Assembly: GCA_050331735.1 (NCBI GenBank) | Contig: JBHJGN010000007.1 | Coordinates: 32,001-96,000 of the forward strand | Length of the DNA stretch: 64,000 nt | Direction: 5' to 3' | Origin: Cyanophyceae cyanobacterium | GTDB lineage: Bacteria > Cyanobacteriota > Cyanobacteriia > Cyanobacteriales > JBHJGN01 | Shown: positions 53,467-63,716 of the stretch, piece after piece | Numbering within the stretch: the stretch's first letter is position 1 | How the letters are laid out: each line of letters starts with the position of its first letter | Made by a program: the position numbers and the translations under genes | Notes under the pieces: generated by a model | Told to the model about the DNA's origin: nothing | What the model saw: the letters and a program-made list of their open reading frames with translations, nothing else | The model's database searches: none

Positions 53467-53754
53467 TGACTCTCGGGAAAGAGTAGTTCTATTGTACTAT
53501 ATATTAATCGGATTTTTGTCATTCAACCAGGATTTCATCCTGTGGAAAACCTGTGGGAAACTACGACGATTGCCTCTTTGTAGACAGCAAGCCAGGAGTA
53601 GAGCTAATAGTTAAAGTGCTTTGGTAGTCAACAGATTAGCTAGGCATTTATCTCCCAAAAAAGTTTTCCACAGAGAAAAACAATGGTGAAATGAACCAGT
53701 TATCTTCTCCACAGTTAAAGTTAAGAATTGATTTTGAAAAAGTTAAGAAAATAG
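53467..53754. other. Probable replication origin oriC
   Basis: dnaA-dnaN spacer with DnaA boxes TTTTCCACA at 53541-53549 (-) and 53664-53672 (+), variants at 53552-53560 and 53705-53713, AT-rich ends. Confidence 0.75.
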
Positions 53755-55128
53755 CTAACTTTTGCTAATCAAACTAATGCGATCGCTTAGCTGACGTAAC
53801 ATCTGCCCCAGCGCGGGATCTTTTTTCTGGCGCTGCTCCACTTTTTCACAGCTATATATTACGGTTGTGTGGTCTTTCCCGCCAAATTGCTCGCCGATCC
53901 GGGGCAGACTTAAATCGGTATGCTGGCGCATCAAGTACATGCCGATCTGTCTGGCAAAGCTAATCTCCCGTCGTCTGGAATTGCTTTTGAGGTCTTCAGG
54001 AGAAACTTTTAAAACTTCGGTGACCACGGTCATAATCACGTCTGGGGAAGTTTCAATTTTTTCTGTAGGCGGATTGAGCACAGGAGCAATATTTTCAACC
54101 GTCATTGGTAAGCCCGAAATAGAAATATAGGCCACAGCGCGAATTAAAGCCCCTTCTAATTCCCGGATATTGGAAGTATAGCTGGTCGCGATGTACTCAA
54201 TGACATCCCTGGGCAGGCGCACATTTTCGTATTCGGCTTTCTTTTGCAAAATAGCCATTCGGGTCTCTAAATCGGGAACCTGAATATCAGCAATTAACCC
54301 CATAGAAAAGCGGGAACAGAGCCGATCCTGTAGCCTTGGAATTTGGTTAGGAGGGCGGTCGGAGGCCAGCACAACCTGTTTTCCGGCTTCGTGAAGGGTA
54401 TTAAACGTATGGAAAAATTCCTCTTGAGTGTACTCCTTTCCCTCAATAAACTGGATGTCGTCTACCAACAGCACATCCGCTGCCCGGTAGTGTTCCCGAA
54501 AGCTCTGCATACTGTCGTTGCGAATGGCCGCAATTAAATCGTTAGTAAACTGCTCAGTCGAAACGTAAAACACCCGAGAGTCGGCGGCAATTTCCAAGCG
54601 GTAGTGTCCGACTGCCTGCATAATGTGCGTTTTCCCCAAACCAACGCCCCCGCAGAGAAACAGCGGATTAAAATCTCGTCCTGGAGATTCTGCGACCGCG
54701 AGGGCCGCCGCATGAGCCATGCGATTTGTGGGACCGACGACAAAGCGAGAGAATGTGTACTTTTGATTGAGCTTAATTGGTTTAATGCCGGGACGATGGC
54801 CGAAGCCGTCTGTCGGGTTACGGACAGACAGGGCTGAGCTAGAAATGCTAGTCTCGCCGACAAGAGCCAAACTTTCCCCTTTCGCTGCCGTTAGCTGAAC
54901 TTCTACCGGCTGTCCTAAGATATCATTGACGGTTTCGGCAATAATCTTCAGGTAGTGTTTCTGGAGATGATTGAGAAAGAACGGATTGGGCGTACGAATG
55001 ACCAAGCAGTTCTCTTTAAACTCTTGAGCGGTAGCCGTTTTGATCCAGGTTTCAAACGTGGGACGACCGAGCTGATGCTCTAGACGTTCTAGAACTAAAC
55101 TCCAAAGCTGTTCGGGTGAAATGTTCAC
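53755..55128 (-). CDS. dnaA: Chromosomal replication initiator DnaA
   Basis: [41 protein letters not shown]. Confidence 0.98.
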   Translation of the reverse strand: MNISPEQLWSLVLERLEHQLGRPTFETWIKTATAQEFKENCLVIRTPNPFFLNHLQKHYLKIIAETVNDILGQPVEVQLTAAKGESLALVGETSISSSALSVRNPTDGFGHRPGIKPIKLNQKYTFSRFVVGPTNRMAHAAALAVAESPGRDFNPLFLCGGVGLGKTHIMQAVGHYRLEIAADSRVFYVSTEQFTNDLIAAIRNDSMQSFREHYRAADVLLVDDIQFIEGKEYTQEEFFHTFNTLHEAGKQVVLASDRPPNQIPRLQDRLCSRFSMGLIADIQVPDLETRMAILQKKAEYENVRLPRDVIEYIATSYTSNIRELEGALIRAVAYISISGLPMTVENIAPVLNPPTEKIETSPDVIMTVVTEVLKVSPEDLKSNSRRREISFARQIGMYLMRQHTDLSLPRIGEQFGGKDHTTVIYSCEKVEQRQKKDPALGQMLRQLSDRISLISKS

Positions 55129-55237
55129 AAACTGTCTCCACGGCTTTTACGGAACAACGGCACTTCAGTAATGGGGATATTAAGCAAAATTGTATTGTAA
55201 TATCAATTTTGTCAGGCGATCGCTTCTTGAAACCATC

Positions 55238-55795
55238 ATGGCGGAATTAGAAATAGCGCAGTTAGGCCATCCGATCCTGTACCAACAGGCTCAACCTGTC
55301 GAACGTTTTACAGACACAAAGACCCAACAGTTCATTGAAGATCTGCTCGCCACGGCCATTGCCGCTCAGGGAGTTGGCATTGCGGCTCCTCAGGTGAGCG
55401 TATCTCGGAGACTGTTTATTGTGGCCTCTCATCCCACTCCCCGTTATCCCCAAGCCCCATCGATGCCGCCAACGGCCATGCTAAATCCCAAAATTTTGTC
55501 TCGCTCGCCAGAAATGGTGAAAGATTGGGAAGGATGTTTGAGTATTTCGGGGCTGCGGGGCTTAGTACCAAGAGCCACCAGCATAGACGTAGAGTATACC
55601 GATCGCGACGGCAACCATCACCAACAGCAACTCAGCGGTTTTGTGGCCCGCATCTTTCAGCACGAACTCGACCACTTAAACGGTATTTTGTTTATAGACC
55701 GCATTGAAAGTACCCGCGATCTGTTCACCGAGCAATCCTACCAGCAACGGATTGGTGCCGAGCGGGAGAAGCTCAGAGCTAATGCAAATCCTTAA
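55238..55795 (+). CDS. def: Peptide deformylase
   Basis: GVGIAAPQV, EGCLS, QHELDHLNG. Confidence 0.96.
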   Translation: MAELEIAQLGHPILYQQAQPVERFTDTKTQQFIEDLLATAIAAQGVGIAAPQVSVSRRLFIVASHPTPRYPQAPSMPPTAMLNPKILSRSPEMVKDWEGCLSISGLRGLVPRATSIDVEYTDRDGNHHQQQLSGFVARIFQHELDHLNGILFIDRIESTRDLFTEQSYQQRIGAEREKLRANANP

Positions 55796-55804
55796 TGCTA
55801 ATTA

Positions 55805-56713
55805 ATGGTGAATTCCTTCTCTGATTCTGAAGTCATTGGTATTGACCTAGGAGGAACGGCGATTAAGCTCGGACGCTTTCTGAGCGACGGCACCTGCCTA
55901 AAGTCTTTAACCGTATCTACTCCTCAACCCGCTACGCCAGAAGCCGTGTTAGAGGCGATCGCCACCACCGTCACGCACCTCAATGAGGCCAAGCAGTGCG
56001 TTGCTCTCGGGGTCGGGACTCCTGGTCCAGCCGATGCAGCGGGTCGAGTGGCCAAGGTAGCGATCAACCTGGCTGGGTGGCACGAGGTGCCGCTGGCAGA
56101 TTGGCTAGAAGCCAAATTAGGTCTGCCCAGCATATTAGCCAACGACGCGAACTGTGCCGGACTCGGAGAAGCTTGGTTAGGGGCCGGACGGCCGTTTCAC
56201 AACTTAATTCTGCTGACGTTAGGAACCGGAGTGGGCGGAGCCATTATTCTCGACGGTAAGCTGTTCGTGGGTCATCACGGGGCTGCCGGAGAGCTAGGAT
56301 TAATCACGCTTAACCCAGACGGTCCGCCCTGCAACAGTGGTAATCGGGGGTCTTTAGAGCAGTACGCTTCTGTCCAGGCTATTCGCCGCCGAACCGGGAA
56401 AGAGCCTGCCGAATTAGGCGCTCTAGCAAAGGCGGGAAACCAAGAAGCGCTAGCGTTTTGGCGCGAGTACGGTACGCTTTTAGGAGCCGGACTTGCCAGT
56501 TTAGTCTATGTGCTCACTCCAGAAGCCATCATCATTGGCGGTGGCGTCAGTGCGAGTACCCCGTTTTTCCTGCCTTCAGCTTGGTCAGAAATCCAACGGC
56601 GAGTTTTACCCAGTTCGCGGTTTGGACTTCAGTTATTGACGACGCAGCTAGGCAATCAGGCCGGGATGGTGGGAGCCGCTCGCTTAGCTTGGCAGATGGT
56701 AGCAACAGCTTGA
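55805..56713 (+). CDS. ROK family sugar kinase (glucokinase-like)
   Basis: GIDLGGT, NDANCA, TLGTGVGG, CNSGNRGSLE. Confidence 0.9.
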   Translation: MVNSFSDSEVIGIDLGGTAIKLGRFLSDGTCLKSLTVSTPQPATPEAVLEAIATTVTHLNEAKQCVALGVGTPGPADAAGRVAKVAINLAGWHEVPLADWLEAKLGLPSILANDANCAGLGEAWLGAGRPFHNLILLTLGTGVGGAIILDGKLFVGHHGAAGELGLITLNPDGPPCNSGNRGSLEQYASVQAIRRRTGKEPAELGALAKAGNQEALAFWREYGTLLGAGLASLVYVLTPEAIIIGGGVSASTPFFLPSAWSEIQRRVLPSSRFGLQLLTTQLGNQAGMVGAARLAWQMVATA

Positions 56714-56973
56714 TGCCTGCGGCAGCTCTTAGCTAACTGATGAGTGGAAGCTTTAGCTTTAGCTAAGAGCTGATTGCTTTGAGCTTTTTGACGCAGTGCC
56801 ATCATTTCCTGTCGATGTGGGCAAGCTAGACAAGTGACGAGCAACTTTTTTACACTAGAGATACTGGCTGCACCTGTTGCCAGCTTCGGCTGAGTTGCTC
56901 ATCTTAAAAATTAAATTGAAGGATGTCGCTAGCCACTATCGGTGTTGCTTAAACGAAGAAAATACTAGCTGCT

Positions 56974-57147
56974 ATGGCCAAATCGATCCAAACTCACCAA
57001 AAAATTTTCGCTGGCGATGTTCACGCGTTGAAAGATTTGCTGTACGATGCTGAAGCTCGCCCAGTATGGGAGATTGTTGTCGAAATTGGCTCCCAGATTC
57101 CGCAGGAAGAGTGGCAAAAGGTCACAACCGATCCCTCAAACAGATAG
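56974..57147 (+). pseudogene. 57-aa antitoxin-like ORF, probably 3'-frameshifted
   Basis: Manual translation MAKSIQ...RPVWEIVVEIGSQIPQEEWQKVTTDPSNR resembles antitoxins that end PxDLxxNxDHYLYG; sits just before a PIN gene. Confidence 0.5.
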
Positions 57148-57172
57148 TGCTCCTTATCTCTTTAAAACAAGC

Positions 57173-57613
57173 GTGAAACTTGTCTTTGCTAACGCTGACT
57201 ACTGGACTGCTTTGCTCAATCCTTGCGATCGCCTACATTTCAAAGCCCAAGCAATCTCAGAATCTCTGGCTCCGGTTTATATTGTTACCAGCGAAGCGAT
57301 CTTGATCAAGCTATTTAGCGACTTTTCTCAAAAAGGAGAATCCTTTCAAAGAGCCGCGTCCGCCCTGAGTGAAACGCTCTTTAATCATCCGAATACGTCG
57401 GTTGTTTCCCAAACTAGTCCCCAGTTTCAGCAAGGAATCTCTCTGCACAGACAGCGGCTGAACCAAGCCTGGAGCTTAACCGACTGCGTATCCTTTAAGA
57501 TTATGGAGACCCAGGGAATTACCGAAGCTCTCACCTCTAGTTGTTATTTTGAGCAAGCTGGTTTTGTAGCCCTGTTAAGAGAACAACTTGAAGATGCCAG
57601 TGACGCCATTTAG
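57173..57613 (+). CDS. PIN-domain (VapC-like) protein with degenerate active site
   Basis: VFANADYWTALLN..D..H, WSLTDCVSF, FEQAGF; probable GTG start at 57173. Confidence 0.75.
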   Translation: MKLVFANADYWTALLNPCDRLHFKAQAISESLAPVYIVTSEAILIKLFSDFSQKGESFQRAASALSETLFNHPNTSVVSQTSPQFQQGISLHRQRLNQAWSLTDCVSFKIMETQGITEALTSSCYFEQAGFVALLREQLEDASDAI

Positions 57614-59090
57614 CTATCGGCCCCTCTACAAGCCTCAACAGCTCCTCAGCGGACAGGGACAAACGGCTGTCGTGACCGGATGGACGGTCAAACAAGCGCT
57701 CTTTAAACGGCTATTGCCTCACGAATATGCTGTGATTGGCAATCTTTATAGTCCGACAAGAGGCCTTTCTCCCCTGATTCGGAATCTGCTGGCCAATCCC
57801 CACGTGCGGTTTTTGGTGGTTCTTAACGCCACCAAAGAAGATGCCAACGCGGGCGGATGCGAGTGTTTGTTAGATTTTTTTCGCCACGGATTCGCTCAAG
57901 GAACAAGCGATACCGGACGCAACTGCTGGCTGGTACGGTCAGCGATTCCGGGGTATATAGACCCAGAAATTCCCGCCTCCGCACTCCAGCAGCTTCGGCA
58001 GGCTCTTCAGTGGCAAGAAGCCAAATCGATTGCTGAAGCGGTGCAGTGGGTCAAAGCAGTTGCTGAAACAGAGGTAGAAGCCTGGGGAGATGCGCTGCTC
58101 TTTCCCCATACAGAAACGACTCCCACTGTTTTACCAGGACCGAGATACGGTCATCGCATCCAGGGAAAAACCATCGCTCAAACCTGGGTCAAAATTATCC
58201 ACCGGATCAAAACAACGGGCACGATTCGACCCACTCAGTATGGTCAGTGGCAAGAGCTGATCGATCTAGTCGCCATTGTCACCAACGAACCTCCAGATTT
58301 TTATTTTCCTGACCCCAACTACCTGCCCATTGCCCCTGAGTTTGTGCAAACTTACGCCTCGCAAATGTTGGATGATGCTTTCTGCTTGGAGGGGGTGAAG
58401 TACACCTACGGACAGCGCTTGCGCTCCTGGTTTGGCAAAGATCAAATTGAGCAAGCAATCAACAAGCTGGTGGCAGAAATTGACTCTTCTAGAGTTGTGA
58501 TGTCTTTATGGGATGTACAAGATTACGAAGGAAACGAGAGCCCGCCTTGCTTGAACCATATCTGGCTGAGAGTTGTCGATGGTGAACTATCGCTAACGGC
58601 TACCTTTCGCAGTAACGATATGTTTGCTGCCTGGCCCGCCAACGCAATGGGTCTGAGGACGCTACAGCAGTATATTTGCCAGGAAATTAATTGGAGGCAG
58701 GAGGTCTTGGAAGGCAGGAGCCTTGTTCGTTTAGGACCACTGATTACGATTAGTCAAAGCGCCCACATCTACAGCGACTGCTGGGAACACGCCGAACAAG
58801 TCATTCGAGCGCAGTATCAACATGCTGCTGAGCGAGACTACAGCGACCCAAGCGGTAGCTTTACTATTACGGTCCAGGAGCAAATTGTGGTCGAGCATTT
58901 GTCTCCTGGTGCTGGAGAAGTGGTCAATCGCTACGAGGGAAAATCGGCCCGCAAACTTTATCACCAAATAGCGGCAGACTGTCCGAGTCTTGAAGTCGAA
59001 CACGCTCTGTATTTAGGCACAGAATTGCAGAAAGCAGAAATCGCCCTGTCCCATCAACGGGAGTACGAGCAAGATCGTCCGCTGCGATGA
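57594..59090 (+). CDS. Thymidylate synthase (ThyA fold) with MtrA-like N-terminal and DUF4346-like C-terminal domains
   Basis: YTYGQRL, PPCLNH, FRSNDM, WPAN, SAHIY; N-terminal RNLLANPHVRFLVV; C-terminal HALYLGTELQKAE...YEQD. Confidence 0.8.
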   Translation: MPVTPFSYRPLYKPQQLLSGQGQTAVVTGWTVKQALFKRLLPHEYAVIGNLYSPTRGLSPLIRNLLANPHVRFLVVLNATKEDANAGGCECLLDFFRHGFAQGTSDTGRNCWLVRSAIPGYIDPEIPASALQQLRQALQWQEAKSIAEAVQWVKAVAETEVEAWGDALLFPHTETTPTVLPGPRYGHRIQGKTIAQTWVKIIHRIKTTGTIRPTQYGQWQELIDLVAIVTNEPPDFYFPDPNYLPIAPEFVQTYASQMLDDAFCLEGVKYTYGQRLRSWFGKDQIEQAINKLVAEIDSSRVVMSLWDVQDYEGNESPPCLNHIWLRVVDGELSLTATFRSNDMFAAWPANAMGLRTLQQYICQEINWRQEVLEGRSLVRLGPLITISQSAHIYSDCWEHAEQVIRAQYQHAAERDYSDPSGSFTITVQEQIVVEHLSPGAGEVVNRYEGKSARKLYHQIAADCPSLEVEHALYLGTELQKAEIALSHQREYEQDRPLR

Positions 59091-59224
59091 CTTCAAAGCA
59101 GGTGGTTGAATGGTTTATTTGTGATGCCTGTTGCTTACTCCTGAACGCTGTCTTAAGGAGGATGGCAAGGCTCAGGGAGAGAGAGTAGAGTCGGCTCATC
59201 CGCTTAGCTTTCGGAGGAAATGGC

Positions 59225-60361
59225 GTGCGCTTAGGGCATTGGATCGGGTTACTGGCTCTTGTTCTATCTCTCTACATTCTGTGGCAGATTAAGCAAGTTG
59301 TTCTGCTGGTATTTACGGCTGTTGTGCTAGCAACGGTATTGAATCGAATAGTCCGACTGCTTCAGCGAGCTCGACTCCCGCGAGGTATTGCGATCGCCAT
59401 TGCGGTCATTGGTCTACTAGCGATTATCGCTGGCTTCTTTGCCATTATCCTCCCGAGTTTGATCGATCAGTTTCAGCAGCTCATTAATTTGCTTCCTCAG
59501 GCATTTGAGCAGGTGCGTGAATGGTACGACCAGCTCCGAGGCCAAATTCCGGGGCAGGTGCTAGAGGATAGTCCTGGTTTTGGCAATTTGGTTCAACAGA
59601 TTCAAACCTGGGCTACGCAACTATTAGGTAACGTCTTCAGCATTGTCAACAATTCGCTCTCTGCTTTAGTGAGCTTTTTGCTGTTTCTGGTGGTCACTAT
59701 TATGTTGCTGATCAATCCTTCACCCTATCGACGAGCTTTTGTTTTGGCATTCCCGGCCTTCTACCGTCGGAGAGTAGAGGAAATTTTAGATAAGTGTGAA
59801 TCTTCTCTAGTGGGCTGGAGTAAGGGAACGCTCTTCAACATGCTCGTCATTGCGGGTTTAAGCTACCTGGGTTTGTCGATTTTGGGAGTTCCCCTGCCCT
59901 TGGTTAATGCCCTAATCGCGGGTATTCTAGAGTTTATCCCGAACGTGGGTCCAACCCTGAGTATTTTCCCACCAGCGCTGCTGGCCCTGCTCGATGCACC
60001 CTGGAAAGCAGGCGCCGTTGTGGTACTGTACCTGCTCATTCAACAGGTAGAGGGGTTAATCTTGGTTCCGGTGGTGATGAGTCAGGCTGTGGATATTCTG
60101 CCCGTGTTTACCATTTTGGCGGTGGTGGTGTTTGCCAGCTTTTTTGGTTTTTTAGGATTATTTATGTCGATTCCTTTGCTGATCGTCACTCAGGTATGGC
60201 TCCAGGAAGCCTTAGTCAAAGATGTTCTCAACCAGTGGCAGGGGAAGGAGCAGCGAAGAAGTAAAATTACTGTTGAAGATGTTCTCGTCACTCCTGACAA
60301 ACCCATCCAGAAACGAGCGACAAAACCGAGTGCTGACGAGCAAAAGCAGGAAGAACAATAG
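59225..60361 (+). CDS. AI-2E family transporter
   Basis: Multi-TM, LEFIPNVGP, IQQVEG. Confidence 0.9.
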   Translation: MRLGHWIGLLALVLSLYILWQIKQVVLLVFTAVVLATVLNRIVRLLQRARLPRGIAIAIAVIGLLAIIAGFFAIILPSLIDQFQQLINLLPQAFEQVREWYDQLRGQIPGQVLEDSPGFGNLVQQIQTWATQLLGNVFSIVNNSLSALVSFLLFLVVTIMLLINPSPYRRAFVLAFPAFYRRRVEEILDKCESSLVGWSKGTLFNMLVIAGLSYLGLSILGVPLPLVNALIAGILEFIPNVGPTLSIFPPALLALLDAPWKAGAVVVLYLLIQQVEGLILVPVVMSQAVDILPVFTILAVVVFASFFGFLGLFMSIPLLIVTQVWLQEALVKDVLNQWQGKEQRRSKITVEDVLVTPDKPIQKRATKPSADEQKQEEQ

Positions 60362-60595
60362 CAGGCCAACAAGGGGAAAGTTGCTCCGCAACGGGGAAAG
60401 GGAAAAGGGTCAGGGGGAAAGGGGGAATAAACTCTATCAAATCCTGCTAAACAACCATAATTTACGTAGAGTAAGGCAGAAGGAAACAAAAGAATGGCGA
60501 TGAAATAGTTTTTGCCACTCATTAAACGGATTTGAGATCAGGTTGTTTCTTAACTCTGTGTTCTTTCCCTTTCCCCGTCCCGGAGGGACTGCCCT

Positions 60596-61474
60596 TTAAG
60601 TCAGCATTCCGACGATCTCACCGACTAGTAAAACAAAGCCGAGCCCTACGTTCTGACGAAAAATTTCTGCGTATACTGATTCGGTGGACGGCTGGCGCAG
60701 ACGCCGGTACTGCCAGGTCCACCCAGCAACAGCGATTCCCCAAGCCAGCCAAAAACCCAGTCCTAAATCCATGACGACTCCTAGAGCCGCGAATAATCCC
60801 GCCGTTACCGCGAAGAAGCAGCCGACGGCAGCCGCTGTGCGATCACCAAAAAAGAGCGCGCTTGAATTCACCCCTAAGCGGCGATCGTCCTCGCGGTCTG
60901 GCATAGCATAGACGGTATCAAATCCGAGAGTCCAGAAGATAGTGGCCCCCCACAGCAGCCAGGTGGCCGGGACTAGCTGAGCGCTAACGGCACTCCAGCT
61001 AATCAGCACAGCAAATCCCCAAGCTAGGGAGAGGACCAGTTGGGGAACCGGAAACACTCGCTTAGCCAACGGGTAGCCAACGATGACTGGAACAGCCGCA
61101 ACACAGAGCCAGAAACTCACCGGATTAAGATAAAGCGTTAACCCGGCAGCACAGATTAACGCCACGAAGAAGATCGCGATGCCGGTGCGGACCGAAAGAG
61201 CGCGAGAGGCTAACGGACGGTTTTTCGTTCTAGCCACTTGCGGGTCGATATCTCGATCCCAGAGATCGTTAACAACGCACCCCGCTGCGCTAGTGGCGAA
61301 AGAGCCCCCAATAATCACCCCGATTAAAGGTAGGGGCGGCGTTCCTTCTGCCGCTAAAAAGACAGCCCAAAGTGCCGGAATCATCAAAATTAGTCGTCCT
61401 TCTGGTTTATCCCAGCGCAGGAGACGAATCACGGTTAACCAAGTTGGTTCTGAAGGTTGCTGCTGAATCACCAT
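60596..61474 (-). CDS. ubiA: 4-hydroxybenzoate solanesyltransferase
   Basis: RWDKPEG, NDLWDRDIDPQVARTKNRPL, YPLAKR, DTVYAMPDREDD. Confidence 0.92.
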   Translation of the reverse strand: MVIQQQPSEPTWLTVIRLLRWDKPEGRLILMIPALWAVFLAAEGTPPLPLIGVIIGGSFATSAAGCVVNDLWDRDIDPQVARTKNRPLASRALSVRTGIAIFFVALICAAGLTLYLNPVSFWLCVAAVPVIVGYPLAKRVFPVPQLVLSLAWGFAVLISWSAVSAQLVPATWLLWGATIFWTLGFDTVYAMPDREDDRRLGVNSSALFFGDRTAAAVGCFFAVTAGLFAALGVVMDLGLGFWLAWGIAVAGWTWQYRRLRQPSTESVYAEIFRQNVGLGFVLLVGEIVGMLT

Positions 61475-61555
61475 AATTGGAAAATGACCTTTTCCACGAG
61501 TCCTCTAACGTTATATCTTTATTTTGGGGGCTAATCAGATCGATCAGGACAGCGC

Positions 61556-63205
61556 ATGGCTAATTCTCTTTCTCTTGAGCAGAGCACAACGGCAACAGTG
61601 GGAACCAAAAAGTGTATTCTTGCCGCCATCGATATTGGCACAAACTCAATTCACATGGTAGTCGTACGCATCGACCCGACGCTACCTTCTTTTACAATTG
61701 TTGCCAAAGAAAAAGATACGGTGCGGCTTGGAGATCGCCATCCGAAAACAGGCAATTTAACGCCGGAAGCGATAGAGCGAGCGATGGCGGCGCTGCGGCG
61801 CTGTAAAGATTTGGCGGAAAGTCTAGAGGTGGATCATCTGGTAGCTGTGGCAACCAGCGCTACTAGAGAAGCGCCCAACGGCAAACAGTTTTTGCAGCGG
61901 GTGGAGTCGGAGTTGGGCATCGTCGTTGATCTGATTTCTGGACAAGAGGAGGCGCGGCGGATCTATTTAGGCGTACTGTCGGGGATGGAGTTTAACGGAC
62001 ACCCCCACGTGATTATCGACATTGGCGGTGGCTCAACGGAAATTATTTTGGGCGATAGCCACGAAGCCCGCTTCTTGAGCAGCACGAAAGTAGGAGCCGT
62101 GCGACTGACGCAAGAACTGGTGAAGACTGATCCCATTGAAGACGAAGAGTTTCTCTACCTGCAAGCCTACGTACGGGGCAGGCTAGAGCGTCCGGTGGAA
62201 GAGTTGCGTTCGGCGCTACAGGATTGTGAAGTCCCCCAGCTTGTTGGCACTTCCGGCACCATTGAAACGTTAGCCGTGATTAATGCCAAAGAAAAGCTCG
62301 GGGAAGAGCCAGATCCCCTCAACGGCTATCAGTTGAGCCGCGAGGATCTCAAAGAGATGGTCGAGCGCTTTGCGTCGATGAGTTACGAGGAACGTCTCGA
62401 CGTTGCGGGCATGTCGGAGAAGCGAGCCGAAATTATTTTGGCGGGGGCGGTCATTCTCTTAGAAGCCATGACCATGCTCGACCTAGATTTGGTGACGATC
62501 TGCGAACGCGCCCTACGAGAAGGCGTCATCGTGGACTGGATGCTCGCCCACGGCTTTATCGAAAGCCGCTTACGCTTCCAGGGGGAGGTCCGCCGCCGCA
62601 GCGTGATGAAGATTGCCCACAAATATCAGGTTAACCTAGACTACAGCCAGCGGGTGGCGGCCTTTGCCATGAGTTTGTTCGATCAAATCCAAGGAAAGCT
62701 GCATAGCTGGGGCCAGGAACAGCGAGAACTGCTGTGGGCGGCTGCTATCCTCCATAACTGCGGAGTGTATGTGAATCATTCTTCTCACCATAAACACTCC
62801 TATTACTTAGTGCGGAATGCGGAACTGTTGGGATTCACGGATTTGGAAATAGAGGCGATCGCTAATTTAGCTCGCTACCATCGGAAAGCAAAGCCCAAAA
62901 AAAAGCACGATAACTTCAGCAATCTGCCGACTAAAGAATACAAGTACATGGTCGAGCAATTGAGCGCGCTACTCCGTCTGGCGGTGGCTCTCGACCGGCG
63001 ACAGATCGGGGCCATTGAAAAAATAGAGTGTCAGTACCGACCCGACGACCAGGAGCTACACCTACATCTATTTCCGGCCCATCCCAACGACGATTGTACC
63101 TTGGAGCTGTGGAGCCTAGATTACAAAAAAGCGGTGTTTGAAGAGGAATACGACGTTAAAGTGGTGCCGATTTTAGCATCTGCCTCTGTTGCTGTCGGTC
63201 CCTAG
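61556..63205 (+). CDS. ppx: Exopolyphosphatase Ppx/GppA
   Basis: AIDIGTNS, ATSATREA, GQEEAR, DIGGGSTE, C-terminal HD-like domain. Confidence 0.93.
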   Translation: MANSLSLEQSTTATVGTKKCILAAIDIGTNSIHMVVVRIDPTLPSFTIVAKEKDTVRLGDRHPKTGNLTPEAIERAMAALRRCKDLAESLEVDHLVAVATSATREAPNGKQFLQRVESELGIVVDLISGQEEARRIYLGVLSGMEFNGHPHVIIDIGGGSTEIILGDSHEARFLSSTKVGAVRLTQELVKTDPIEDEEFLYLQAYVRGRLERPVEELRSALQDCEVPQLVGTSGTIETLAVINAKEKLGEEPDPLNGYQLSREDLKEMVERFASMSYEERLDVAGMSEKRAEIILAGAVILLEAMTMLDLDLVTICERALREGVIVDWMLAHGFIESRLRFQGEVRRRSVMKIAHKYQVNLDYSQRVAAFAMSLFDQIQGKLHSWGQEQRELLWAAAILHNCGVYVNHSSHHKHSYYLVRNAELLGFTDLEIEAIANLARYHRKAKPKKKHDNFSNLPTKEYKYMVEQLSALLRLAVALDRRQIGAIEKIECQYRPDDQELHLHLFPAHPNDDCTLELWSLDYKKAVFEEEYDVKVVPILASASVAVGP

Positions 63206-63329
63206 CGAGCGCAGCTAGTCGAGTAGCGTCTTGTCAGGAGCCCCGATCAAACCGCTGCCGGCTGCGGTTCTCTTGATTTGTTTGAGCAGAAAGTTTGTCC
63301 CATAGCATAAATGTGCTAGTCTTTATATC

Positions 63330-63452
63330 CATAAGTTGGTTCTAAAGTGGAGCAAACTTTAGACGTAAGGGGGAAAGTTCGGTGTAAGTCCGTCGCTGTC
63401 CCGCAACTGTGATGAGATGAATATCTCTTAAGTCAGAATGCCCGCCAACTGT
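63330..63452 (+). ncRNA. Cobalamin riboswitch
   Basis: GGTTC...GGGGAAAGTTCGGTGTAAGTCCG..GCTGTCCCGCAACTGTGA...AAGTCAGAATGCCCGCC B12-box pattern. Confidence 0.9.
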
Positions 63453-63716
63453 AAAGCACACGAGCGTATCTGCGAGGTACAGATAGTGATCAACGCCACT
63501 TTACTCACAATTCAGCGACCGCCACCGCTACAGGAAGATAGAAAAGTAGAGTAGCCACAGTGATGGCTATTGCCCGATAACTCGGCGACTTTCTGGCTCT
63601 TGAGGAGCCATTGAGGACAATAAGCAAAATTTGACAATTCTCGGAGTTAGGCACTGAGCCTGAGCAGAGAATTGCGGCTGGTATTTACCTGTTACTTCGA
63701 TTACTACTATTTAAAA

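Noticed and set aside
56720..56790. Possible CRISPR or tandem array (AGCTAA/TTAGCT repeats; similar at about 38830 and 52293)
   Set aside because: These are short degenerate heptamer repeats typical of cyanobacterial intergenic DNA; no repeat-spacer periodicity and no cas genes
57047..57172. N-terminal 42 aa of the 188-aa PIN ORF
   Set aside because: It overlaps the antitoxin-like ORF in another frame; the PIN fold begins at GTG 57173
57594..63452. Functional link between the MtrA-like synthase domain and the nearby B12 riboswitch
   Set aside because: They are separated by three unrelated genes, the riboswitch faces hupE, and no corrinoid His ligand is seen
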